Below are positions 8,676-19,358 of a stretch of 41,041 nucleotides of DNA, in pieces. This DNA comes from Asterionella formosa. Taxonomy: Eukaryota. How positions within the stretch are numbered: the stretch's first letter is position 1; each line of letters opens with the position of its first letter. The position numbers were made by a program, and so were the translations under genes. The notes beneath the pieces were generated by a model. The model was not told the origin of the DNA. It saw only the letters and a list, made by a program, of their open reading frames with translations, and did no database searches. The stretch is from assembly GCA_002256025.1 (NCBI GenBank), contig NKIB01014742.1, forward strand, positions 1 to 41,041, read 5' to 3'.

Positions 8676-11585
8676 CACACAGGTTACTGATCCCTTACCA
8701 GACTTCCCTCCATCATGCGATCTCCATCGCCTCATGATGCCAATGACACTGATGCAGCTGCATTCAGTGGCGAATTGGCTGCATGGCAATAACACAATGC
8801 TGGTGCATTATTTCCCCATCCCCATGGTGAACTTTTGGTGGCACCGCCTAACCCTAACCCTACCTACCATCACCAGTTCTCCAATAATGCTCACCTTCTG
8901 CATTTTGTCCCGTCCTCATCATCCGAGTTTGCAATGGACCCCTACATGTCTGCGCCTCCTCTTTGCTATTCAGCCCCGTATTCTATGAGATTCTACCCAC
9001 CACCCCATATTTCACCCCGGGCTCTGCCTTCGGCTTCCCCGGCATCCTATCTACACCTTTCTGACCATGCCTCTGCCTGGTCTGCCCTTTCCGGCCCTTC
9101 CTCCCACTCCCACAGCTCAGGGGTGGCCCATCTTCAAGCCGAACTTGCCTGGCTCACTCCATATCCCTCTACCACATCCCCCATTCGCTCTGCAGCTTAT
9201 GGCTCTCCTGCCTACCATACCCCTTCTGGCACTTCCTCCCACTCCCATTACCATCAACCCACCACCTCTCCCCATTCCTTCCACTCTGCTTCTCAGGAGA
9301 CTTGTCCTTCTCTTGTTGATGGCTTTACTCATCCCCGACACCTGTCTTAGTATTTGGGTACAGATCGCTCCATGGATCGGTCTAACAAACGATATTATGT
9401 TGTTTACCGTGGCCGCCACCGCGGCATCTTTCACAGCTGGCCTCTTGCATGGGCTTTGACGGCTGGCTACCACTGGGGTCCCATTCGGGGCCACGTTGGT
9501 GGTTTTAACGATTTTCCCTCTGCTGCCCAGGCATACCTTCAGCATGCTGGTGACATTGACCCCTATGCCCCTATCCCTGGTTGTGGCCCCCTCGCTACCT
9601 CCATCCCTTTTGGCCTTCTTGTTCTGGACCCTGCACTCTTCTATCAGGCCCTCTTTTCCCAGCCTCATATACCTTTCCCTCATCGGCCCCTACCCATTCC
9701 CCTGTCTGCACCTGCCTTCCAGGTGTCACGCTCTTCTCCCATCAAGGACCTCTCCTTTCATTCCCCCTTTGCATCCCCCTCGTCCTCCCCCATCCCACCT
9801 CTCCCTGTTCAGTCCAGTGGTTTGGCCTCTGTGGCTGATTCCTTCACCATTGTCTCTTCCCATGCTGCCTCTGTTGCCACTAAGGCTGATATCCAGGCTG
9901 CCCTTGTGGCCTCCATTACCTCTTCTGATAATAAGAAGGAGCTTTCTATGAGCCTTCCACGCTTCAATGGGGATCCTACAAAATTCAATGAGTGGTTCAC
10001 CATGTTGACCACCCGCCTGAGCACCCCCGTTTGGCGCCACATCCACCTTGCCTCTCCTGATGATCCTTCATATGAATCTCTATCCCAGGCATTGTATTTG
10101 GTTCTCATTGTGGCCCTCCATGACCAAGCTGCTGATCATTGGCGCAGCCGTAATGATATCCTCCACAATGGTATTGGTCTCCTTGCTGAAGTCACCAAAT
10201 ATTATCGTGTCTCCCATTCCTACTCGCTTATCAACCTTTTGACAGCATGGGATAATCTCTTCCAGAAGGATAAAGAGACACCCCTCCAACTTTCATTTTG
10301 CACCCGTGAACTTGTTTCAAAGGCAGCTGATGCTGGCCAATTATTCACAGAACCATTCATTTGTTATCGTTTTCTCTTGGCTCTTGGTCCTGCCTTTCAT
10401 GCCTTTGTCCAACCCTGCCTCTTACACCAGAAGGACATCACCACCATGACCCTGGTCACACTGACTGCTTCTGCCAATACATACACTGACACCCCTGGGT
10501 TTGACTCCTCCAAGATGGTCACCATTCTGCTGCTCCTTCCTCCTCTGATTCCTCCTCACCCTCCCCAACCGCATGGATTGGGTCTACTTCCTTCAATACC
10601 TCCCAGGCCAGGGCTATGCAGCAATTCAAATGCCCCATTCATCGAGACAATCATCATGACCTTGCTGCATGTATTCTGGTTACCTCCCGCTTCTCCATTG
10701 TTCCCAAACCTCTCTCCTCCTCTGGTGTTGGCCCCCCCTCCACCACCCCACGCCCCACCACATCCTCCTCTACCCACCCTGCTGGTAGTGGTCTTCTTGG
10801 TTCTGGCCGGTTGGTTGGCGATGTTCTTCCTCCTCCTCCACCTGTGGTGCCACCTGCTGAGTCCTCTTCTCCAGCGGCGCCTATTCCTCCTTTGGTCTCT
10901 TCCACTCCCTCTGCTGCTGCCCGCCATGCTGTTTCCATGGTGTCTCATGCCCAACCCAATCCTTTCGCCCCACTGGACTTCTCGGAGGATGACTGTCCTG
11001 ATTCTGCCTTTTCTTACCTTGACTCTGATGATCCCCGTCCTTCCAGTGTGGGCACTTCTCGCCATGTTCGCACTTCCCCGGTCCCCCCTACTTGCATGGG
11101 TACCTTCCGACATGTCACTCCAGTCTCCAACAAAATCTGCCCAGATTCTGGGGCCTCCGTTGATATGTTTCCTGACCGCCAATGTTTCATTGAATATGTC
11201 CCCCTTACTCACTGTTTTGTCCGGGTGGCCAACAATGATCATACCCCCGTCCTTGGTCGTGGTACAGTTGCCATTCAACTCGGGGACTACTTTGTCCGGT
11301 TATCGAACTGCCTTCATGTCCCTGGCCTTGATGTACCCCTGCTCTCCATCGGCATTCACCGACGCCGTGGATCTGGGTGCACCTTCATTGCTGACTCCTC
11401 TGGCTGCTACCTCCATTTTCCTACTTTTGCCCTTCCGGTTGATGACTCCTCTGAGTTATCACTCCTTGGGTGCACCGTCATTCCCTCCATGACTGTTCTC
11501 ACCATCAAATGTGATGAACTTGGTCACCCAGTCCGTGCCAAATCTCGCATTGTGGTCCTCGGAAACTTGGAAACCACCTACTGGT
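8505..11585 (+). mobile_element. Ty1/Copia LTR retrotransposon, decayed, internally deleted and 3' truncated
   Basis: Gag frame from 8715 with premature stops and a frameshift near 10510. Motifs: LPRFNGDPTKFNEWF, knuckle CPIHRDNHHDLAAC, copia protease ICPDSGASVDMF...VLGRGTVAI...CLHVPGLDVPLLSI, RT start IPSMTVLTIK..ELGHPVRAKSRIVVLGN. Strong C/T strand bias. Confidence 0.88.
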
Positions 11586-12814
11586 CGTTCATGAGAATAA
11601 GCATGTACTCACAACTCCCAATAAATTTTAGCCATGTATATATATGTATGAAAATTTGTATTATAAATCTATAGTTATAGATTTGAATATTTCAAAGAAA
11701 CTCTTAATATCTTACATGTATAGCACAATATCACCTATATTACCCATACTAAATTTGATTTTATACAATGTTGTATGAGTTCATTAATTTCCACAACATG
11801 ATATAGATTGTTTGAATTTATGTAGTGTAAATTTCAATACGCGATACCACCAATATTACCCATACCTAATTTGAATATATTCAATGCTGTATGAGTTCAT
11901 TATTTACCATGACCTGATGTAGTGTTTAAATTTAGCTTGTATACATTTCAGTACATAACAACCGTAAATGATAAAATTAAGCCCCATCATGGACGCAACA
12001 TTTGTATATGTAAAGAAAGGGTAGTATGTGAGGAATGAACACAATGATGCCTCGGTTGTAGAATGTACATTTGATTACATTTAATCATAAAATAGATTTT
12101 ATAAAATCATAAATTTTTGTCGTCGTCTCAATAACAACTGACAGAGTTTGAAATGTATGGCGACCATCATTGGCAGGTGAATCGGTGAGGGAATCATCAC
12201 ATCATCACAGAATGTTTACAAACACTCCGTACACTCAAAATAACCTGGTATGATTATTAGAAAACAATCACATGATAAATTATTGATCAACATTGCAAGG
12301 TGGATGTAATCGGACAAACATTCAAATCATTTTTGTCGATTCTTCGCTGGATCACCGACTGTGTATGCAATGCATGGTCAGCGGCAGCATTTGCTTGTTG
12401 CATCAATTCTTGGTGGAATCATCATCACCACGTGTTTATAAAGACAAATTACACTGAAACATGATGATGACACAACAATCACATCATAAAGGCTTAAGGA
12501 ACAAAATAATCATTCAAATCGTTGTCATTGCTTGAGTGTTGAAGACAGAGCGAAAAGCGGAGCAAGTGATGATGCTGACAATGATGACAAAAAACCAATA
12601 CTTTGGCTGGTACATCCTTCTACGAGGAAACTTAACAACAAGAAAAAATAAAAACCAATACATTTAACATTTAATATGCATAGTCGAAAAAGAGTTCTAT
12701 TTAATTTATGGCGATAATTATTATGCAGAGAAGATAATATATCGAAATTTTATGTGATCATATGATGGTCATCATAAGATGCATCACAAAAAAGATGTTT
12801 TCTATTTGCAGACG
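11586..12814. mobile_element. TTTGCAGACG element, copy 3 (~1.2 kb, longest here), with internal ~115-bp and ~225-bp duplications
   Basis: Abrupt switch to AT-rich DNA at the Copia break. The right ~300 bp is homologous to 1-378. Internal repeats: ATATTACCCATAC...GTATGAGTTCATTA at ~11735 and ~11850, and GAATCATCA...TGTTTA.AAA.AC at ~12191 and ~12416. Left boundary inferred. Confidence 0.65.
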
Positions 12815-14077
12815 TAGTCTTAATCCCTATTTCAGATGCCTGCTGAGTCTTATCTTTAAGGGTGAACTTATCATCAAACTGTTTAGGAGTCTCATCTCAT
12901 CTTTTGTAGCTACAGGATATGTGTCAAAAGTTGATTTTCTTAGGCTTGTCCTCTTTGGTACTGATATTATTACTAGCCCTTTCTATATAAGAGATTTGGT
13001 CCATCTCAATTTCATCACATGGAATGCTGATTTGGGAGGTGCCCTCTTGGTAATTCTTCCAAAATTTCTATACATATTGTTATGTCATTCGTCAACTTGA
13101 TTTCTTCATTGAAGACACTTGTGAATAAATCTGCACATATTGATATGAAACATTTTGTTCTTGCTCAGTCCTTTCTTGTTACGATTTGCATGATCATGAA
13201 ATCTTTGTGGTGAGGCACTGTTGACCCAAGCTCTTCAGAGATTGCTAATTTCCACTTTGAAATGTTGTTTCCTTCAAAGCTCTCTCATATTGGTAGTGTC
13301 CATCTGGTGCAGTAGTATGCATCCGTAGATGTTCTGTTCTTCTTCACTCAAGTTAGCTGATCCTTAACTCTATATGATTGTCAATCATTTTTGACACTCC
13401 ATCTTCCCATATACATAAACGAGAAAATTTCGGTCATGCTTTATATAACTGGCTTAATTGTTTAATTTACCATTTTTGATCCCCCTGTGGTGGTAAGCAG
13501 CTGATATGAGACCACTTCTGGAAAGTTATGATTGTATCCCCTTTTTCCCAGACTTTCGCTTTATTTTGTATCATTTAGAGTTTCTACATTCAAAGCCATG
13601 TAAGCCTACAAAACATATGCATGAGGTACCAAATTTGAAGGATGTATTGGTTGAAGGGATGCTTGATTATTGCCATGAGCAACTCATTTCAACTCTTCTT
13701 GCAACATAAGTAGGCACTAAGTGAAAACAAAGGACGAGATGCTACAAGGCAGAATTTCCATTCAACTGACTTTCTAAGGCATTCTACAGTGGTTGATGAA
13801 TGACAGCAATTGGATTGAAGTACAAAAAAGGGCAAATGGATTTTGAAAATTTTGGTATTAGGAATAAGCAGGAGAAGACAGATACATGGTTGGTTTGCTG
13901 GCTGGTCTATGCTGCAAAAGAATGTGTTACACACAAGTTACAAGAGTTTTGTGATGGACAACTTTTGCACTTATTGTGTGGGCTTATTGAACAGTTTCAA
14001 TGAGAAATTGGTGATCACTAGTTTTTGTCCATGTTTGTGTACACTATCATATACCACTTAAAATTAAATGAATTTGT

Positions 14078-17000
14078 TTATTGGGTTTCACCATAGGTCC
14101 AACATATAGAGTCAATTGCACCCCTTGCTGCATCTTGAACATCTGATGCAGAGTTGTGGGCAAGTGCACCCATCAAGATAGCGACACCATCTAGGTCAAG
14201 AATCTTTGTTTTGCAATCTTCAGATTGAGCTGCCATTGCCCAAAGTGCATTGCAGGCTTCAATATTGAAGCTTAACGCATCACGATGGTTCTTCATGCCA
14301 TTGATGATGGTTGAAATGCCATTTGAAGCTTCACTTGCACTCTGTGGGTTTGTGAGAATGATATTGCGTAAGACCAATGTTCCAAATTCAAGCAAGCACA
14401 TAGAGGATGCATTGGTTCTCATTGCCTCCACAATAATACTGATGATATCTTTTTGGGAGTCTGTCACAGCTGAGGCAAGTTCTGTTCTCACACTGATGTT
14501 TGAAAGAACTCCACACGCTGTTTCAAGTGTTTTCGTTTCCTGTGGGTGCAATATCAAAGCACAAGTTACAGCATCAATACCACTACAGCCAACAACTAAA
14601 CACTTTCTTTCATCACAGTTGTCCACTAGACTCCATAGCGCCCCACAAGCCATTTCAAGAACTTGAGCTGAACCCATATGTAATTGCATGGATTTCACAA
14701 TTTGCTCAATAGCTTCATCACCAGTATTGTTGATCGGCCTTTGGTTATCCCTGGCACAAATACTCCAAAGTGTGCAGCAGCCATTGACTTGCACTGACTC
14801 TGAATCAGAAACAGAATTCATGGCACTACAAACTGCTTGAATCACATCATTTCCCAAAAGTACATGCAGGCTTGCTTCATGGCATGAAAGATTGCGCAAC
14901 AACAAGGTTGCAGCCTCTATAAGTTTTCGTTCCTTTGGTCGCATCTTCATTGTCAACAGAATAGAATCAATCATTCCCGTTGTTGTTGCAGCAAATTGAG
15001 CGGGTCCTCCTAATGTACAGAGTGATCCTAACACAGAGCACACCAATTCGTGCAGATTCGTTGACGCATTGACGTCACTCAAAATCTCGACAAGCAAGGA
15101 AAAAGTGCTTTCTGTTGTCATGGCTATCTTTCCATCTTCGGAAGCGATGGTCAGACAAAGTAAAGCAATTACAGCTTCCTCCTGCAACTCAGAATTTCTG
15201 GGAAACCCACGAATGACACGTAAAAGTATGTCAATTCCATCATACTGAATAAGTTCATCTTTGTTCCTTGCATTTTGGGCAAGATTTGAAAGAAGTGTGC
15301 ATGCCTCAACATTTACTCCCTCGTCGTCGCTGTAGTGCCGCATTGAGTCAATCAAGATTGACACAATCCCAGCATCAACGATTACCGCACTAAGCTGATC
15401 ATTCCGAGAAAAGTTAGCTAAAGCACCAAACGACGCTTCCATCAAAGCTGCTGTACTCGATCTTTTGCTGAACATCCGCACAGTATTCATGATAGCCAAG
15501 ACATGAACTGGTGACGACGAGAGTGAACCAACCATGTCTACGCTTGTTGAAAGACACCAATATAACTGACAAGCCCACTCCAATGAAACTTGATCATTCC
15601 GCAATGTTTCCATCGCACGAGCAACAACCTCGAGACCAGATCCGCCATCTTTCCCAGATTTTGCAAGACTAGATTTGTTGCTCTCAGCATTGACCGATTG
15701 AATACACTGGCTATAGAGAGCCCGAATACCCCATTCTTGAACACTAGCAGATGCATGATGAGTATCCATAGCATTTGTCACACAAACTACAGCTCCAGAT
15801 AATGTTCCGTCATTGATTTCTGGGTTATTAGAAGATGCTTGTGCCAAGCAACAAAGAGTTCCAATACCAGATCTTTGAATACTTTCCATGCTACTGTGAG
15901 ATTGCATGGATATGAGCAGAGCATCGATGGCTCCTTCTGCGTTCACTTCGGTTAACACATCGCTCCGGGCTTCCCCATCGGTTGATGCAGCCAACGCAAA
16001 AAAAAATTGGCAACATGCAGCTAGAACCTCGGGATTTGACATGTCTGACCACATAAATTCAACCAACATCTTGGGAGCGTAGTATTGATTGCTGTCAATT
16101 TTAGCTTTATGGCCATTCAAAAACACGATATGAGAAAGATTTCGAAACGCATTTTCTCGCTGTTTCTCGTTCGCTTGGTCTAAACTATTCAGAATGACGA
16201 GAATATTCTGCACATTCAAATGTGTTGCCGTTGGAGCTATCTGCATGTAGTTTTCTTGAGTTCCTTTCGCTTCAATAACGCTATAGAGCCCTTCCGATGG
16301 AATAATTGGATCTTGCAACGGTCCCTTTCGAAAAGGCATTTCGCTTTTATCGGGTATATCCTCTGTCAAAGCTGGTATATGCATACCTTGATGACCGAGA
16401 GACCTTCCCGGGTTGACAGGAGAAATAGGGTTACCATCCCCGTCTGGCATTCCACGCTTATTTCGATCATGCCATTTGTCAGAATCACTGCCGCTTTGAC
16501 GGTTTCTGCTGTCAGTAAGGCCCAAGTTTGATCGAAAATCATTCTGGTCGAGCAATGTACTGGCCGTGGACGGCTCAGGTTGCTGACTCACAGTCTGGTC
16601 TAAGTATGGGTCCTTGTGTCGATCACCCTCACTGAACCGCTCCTTCTGGACTTTATCCAAAACAATGAATTCGTCTTCACCAGGATCATATTGTTCACTG
16701 GATGTAAAGCCAATAACAGGCAGATGATATCGATCTATTTCAAATGAGTCTTGAAGGAGTTTGACTTTGTGTTGACTTCGTCGATCTGGGCCTGAATCAT
16801 CCACGACACTGGGGCTGAATTGTACCGAGGATACATATTCTGAGTTTAACAGTGGTTTTAACCCTTCATCTGTTTTTTGAACACCAGAATGTCTGCTTAC
16901 AAAGTTCGGTGCCGCTTGCAGTCCAGAATCACTTGGTTGAAAGCCTGACTGACTTTTCTGGACATAAAGTGGCAATGCTCCCGACTTATCAGGTTTAGTG

Positions 17001-18514
17001 GTCCTTTCTGGAACTCTAATCTTTAGGAATACGCTGTCATCATCTTCGTCATTTTCATCGTCCAAAACTCCTACGCTATTCTTGGGAGACGAGCTAGTGG
17101 GAGCTACTCGAAAACGATTATCTCGAGGAATAAAGTCATTCTTGGTAAGTGCGGTGCTAGATGAAAAAGCATAATTCACGTCAACATGAGTGATCCCGGC
17201 CGTCAAATCTTGGGAAACCCCGACAGCGTATTCTTTTGAATCATTCCATACACCCTCTCCGCTATTTCCTTCACTTCTAGCGCTCCCTAATAAACTTTGA
17301 TCCTGGACATGCAAAGAAGGTCGGGGCTCCCCCGAACAATCGGAGTAAGTAGTATCTGCAGTGGGATGAAATGCATGAAATAAAATGTCTCGCTGACCAG
17401 TAGAGCAAGAAATCCCGGTATATTTCGTAGATGCCGATTTTTCTTCTTCCATGAATTTCTTGTTCAATGGTTTTGATGACCCATTGCGTTTTAAGCTCGG
17501 CGATCTGTTCTGAGAATTCAATTGCTCCGCGATGGAATGCTCTGGAATCCGTTCAGCAGCCAACTGCGTGAGTCTCGATACTGACGGTGTCTTCCCTGCT
17601 CTAGAAAGTGTCTGTCGCTGCCGAAAAGAATCAGAACTTTGAATAGTAGGTCCTGAGTTTTCGTCTTCAATGATTTTTTTGTTCAATCCCTTTGGTAAAC
17701 CGCGTCTATCCCAAGAAATAGATTGCTCGGACAAGGCGTAATCCATCGTAGGTATCTGTGGTGGTCGTGAAATAGATGATTTTCGACCTGATCGAGGACG
17801 TGTCTGTGATGAACGAGTCAAACTATCAGCGTCCAAGCTGAAATTAAGCTCAGATCCGATAGCATCCATTCTCATCTCATGAGCCGATACATAGCGTTTC
17901 GGTTGAGGAGGAGGTACGGATGATGCGTACATCGATCCATCACGGCCAGGAGGACGCCTTAGAGGAGCATCATCGCCGCAAAGAGAAGCATCTGGTCGCC
18001 TCCTCCCTGCACCAGGAATTGTCGGTACCAGTTCAAACGCTCCTGTCAGAGTGTCATATTCCTCTTCAAGGCGATTTTCCTCCCCTGTCCAGTTCCTAGC
18101 GCCGATAATCAAACGGTGATCCATGGTAATCCCTGAAACCATAGTAACATCATCATCATCATCATTGGCATCACGGTATCGATCTTCCAGCTCAAGTGTT
18201 CGCGGAACAAATGTTTGACTAAGATGAGTGGATTCCGTGGCCTCCGCTTGCCTCGTAACTGTCCCCTGATGGTTCCCACCAGCATTTAGGGGATTACAAA
18301 GCAAGCATCTTCCGTAAAAAGACTGCCCTTCTATACAAAGAGGCTTTTTTTTACCAAGGAAGCCAACTCTGTGCGTCGGGGTCCCGCAGGTGGGGCACTC
18401 TCCTTTTTTGACACGCCTGCTGGCTAAGTTCTTCTTATTGACTTCGCCAACGGATAGGCCTATACCTTCCATCTCTCTAACACTGGAAAGTTTACGCGAA
18501 TGGTCTGTAGGCAT
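14078..18514 (-). CDS. Armadillo-repeat protein (1478 aa) with N-terminal Cys motif and long disordered linker
   Basis: Uninterrupted 4.4-kb ORF. N-terminal GECPTCG..TH...GRCLLCNP, Ser/Arg/Pro/Asp-rich middle, and C-terminal ~42-aa helical repeats (e.g. VEACTLLSNLA, NGCCTLWSI, MACGALWSL, EACNALWAMA). Confidence 0.88.
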   Translation of the reverse strand: MPTDHSRKLSSVREMEGIGLSVGEVNKKNLASRRVKKGECPTCGTPTHRVGFLGKKKPLCIEGQSFYGRCLLCNPLNAGGNHQGTVTRQAEATESTHLSQTFVPRTLELEDRYRDANDDDDDVTMVSGITMDHRLIIGARNWTGEENRLEEEYDTLTGAFELVPTIPGAGRRRPDASLCGDDAPLRRPPGRDGSMYASSVPPPQPKRYVSAHEMRMDAIGSELNFSLDADSLTRSSQTRPRSGRKSSISRPPQIPTMDYALSEQSISWDRRGLPKGLNKKIIEDENSGPTIQSSDSFRQRQTLSRAGKTPSVSRLTQLAAERIPEHSIAEQLNSQNRSPSLKRNGSSKPLNKKFMEEEKSASTKYTGISCSTGQRDILFHAFHPTADTTYSDCSGEPRPSLHVQDQSLLGSARSEGNSGEGVWNDSKEYAVGVSQDLTAGITHVDVNYAFSSSTALTKNDFIPRDNRFRVAPTSSSPKNSVGVLDDENDEDDDSVFLKIRVPERTTKPDKSGALPLYVQKSQSGFQPSDSGLQAAPNFVSRHSGVQKTDEGLKPLLNSEYVSSVQFSPSVVDDSGPDRRSQHKVKLLQDSFEIDRYHLPVIGFTSSEQYDPGEDEFIVLDKVQKERFSEGDRHKDPYLDQTVSQQPEPSTASTLLDQNDFRSNLGLTDSRNRQSGSDSDKWHDRNKRGMPDGDGNPISPVNPGRSLGHQGMHIPALTEDIPDKSEMPFRKGPLQDPIIPSEGLYSVIEAKGTQENYMQIAPTATHLNVQNILVILNSLDQANEKQRENAFRNLSHIVFLNGHKAKIDSNQYYAPKMLVEFMWSDMSNPEVLAACCQFFFALAASTDGEARSDVLTEVNAEGAIDALLISMQSHSSMESIQRSGIGTLCCLAQASSNNPEINDGTLSGAVVCVTNAMDTHHASASVQEWGIRALYSQCIQSVNAESNKSSLAKSGKDGGSGLEVVARAMETLRNDQVSLEWACQLYWCLSTSVDMVGSLSSSPVHVLAIMNTVRMFSKRSSTAALMEASFGALANFSRNDQLSAVIVDAGIVSILIDSMRHYSDDEGVNVEACTLLSNLAQNARNKDELIQYDGIDILLRVIRGFPRNSELQEEAVIALLCLTIASEDGKIAMTTESTFSLLVEILSDVNASTNLHELVCSVLGSLCTLGGPAQFAATTTGMIDSILLTMKMRPKERKLIEAATLLLRNLSCHEASLHVLLGNDVIQAVCSAMNSVSDSESVQVNGCCTLWSICARDNQRPINNTGDEAIEQIVKSMQLHMGSAQVLEMACGALWSLVDNCDERKCLVVGCSGIDAVTCALILHPQETKTLETACGVLSNISVRTELASAVTDSQKDIISIIVEAMRTNASSMCLLEFGTLVLRNIILTNPQSASEASNGISTIINGMKNHRDALSFNIEACNALWAMAAQSEDCKTKILDLDGVAILMGALAHNSASDVQDAARGAIDSICWTYGETQ

Positions 18515-19278
18515 GGTCAGATTGAACAGTTAACATGAAACATAGACACTCAAGCCGCAAGCCCATGCAGAACGAAATAATAGAGCCAGTGTAGAGATTT
18601 CATTCCTCTCGATGTATATGCCGTATGTAGTATATTTTCCCCGTTGGAATTCGTGATCTACAGGTATATTATAATCGTGTGTACGGCGAGGAAATTATTA
18701 CGTGGCACATGTATAAGATACGTCCTTCGGAAAATTCGAGGGGCGGAGTTCTGCAGGCAGCTACCAGGTACCTGGTACTCTGGTACGTAAGCCACCACGA
18801 ATCAAGATTCGCTGGTCCCGCCTCAGTCAGCATTGACTGCGTCAATGTTGTCATACATGCATAGCGTGGACTTTTACTACATACTCTTACCACGTCGAAT
18901 AATAAAACGCCGATTACTGGTACAGCCGCCACAAAAAAAACGCTAGTCAAATATGATCACCCAAAGTAATTATTTGGGTAGCCCAAAATGACGAGGAATT
19001 TAGCTACGTACATAATTTAAGGGTATGACATCACATAAAAAATATAATGCATTATACAATATATTTGAACGGAGTGAACTAAAATAGTTTCAACAACTTC
19101 CATAATTATTTTAGAAACCCACATAATTTTTGGGGCCAACTGACAATATTTTCTGGCAACACGAAGAAAAATTTGTTCAGTAATAATCTCTATAATACGG
19201 TACTTTTCTCGACAATTCCCAATGTTTCCGTTCACAAATTTTCTTCACTCTGACTACCATTAATTCTGTTAGTTCGCA

Positions 19279-19358
19279 CCCATTTTATCTTTACTTTGAT
19301 CACATTAATACCTCAAGATCCCATTTTATCTTTACTTTGATCACATTAATACCTCAAG
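19279..19358. repeat. Perfect 39-bp direct duplication (period 41 bp)
   Basis: CCCATTTTATCTTTACTTTGATCACATTAATACCTCAAG occurs at 19279 and 19320. Confidence 0.9.

Noticed and set aside
8847..8863. CCTAACCCTAACCCTA as an interstitial telomere
   Set aside because: Only ~2.5 units, and it encodes PNPNP within the Pro-rich, C-rich gag frame.
10510..11492. Hydrophobic Leu/Pro-rich C-terminus of the 712-aa ORF as a membrane or env-like protein
   Set aside because: It is the off-frame reading of C/T-rich DNA after a frameshift; the true knuckle/protease frame is ORF 10616-11674.
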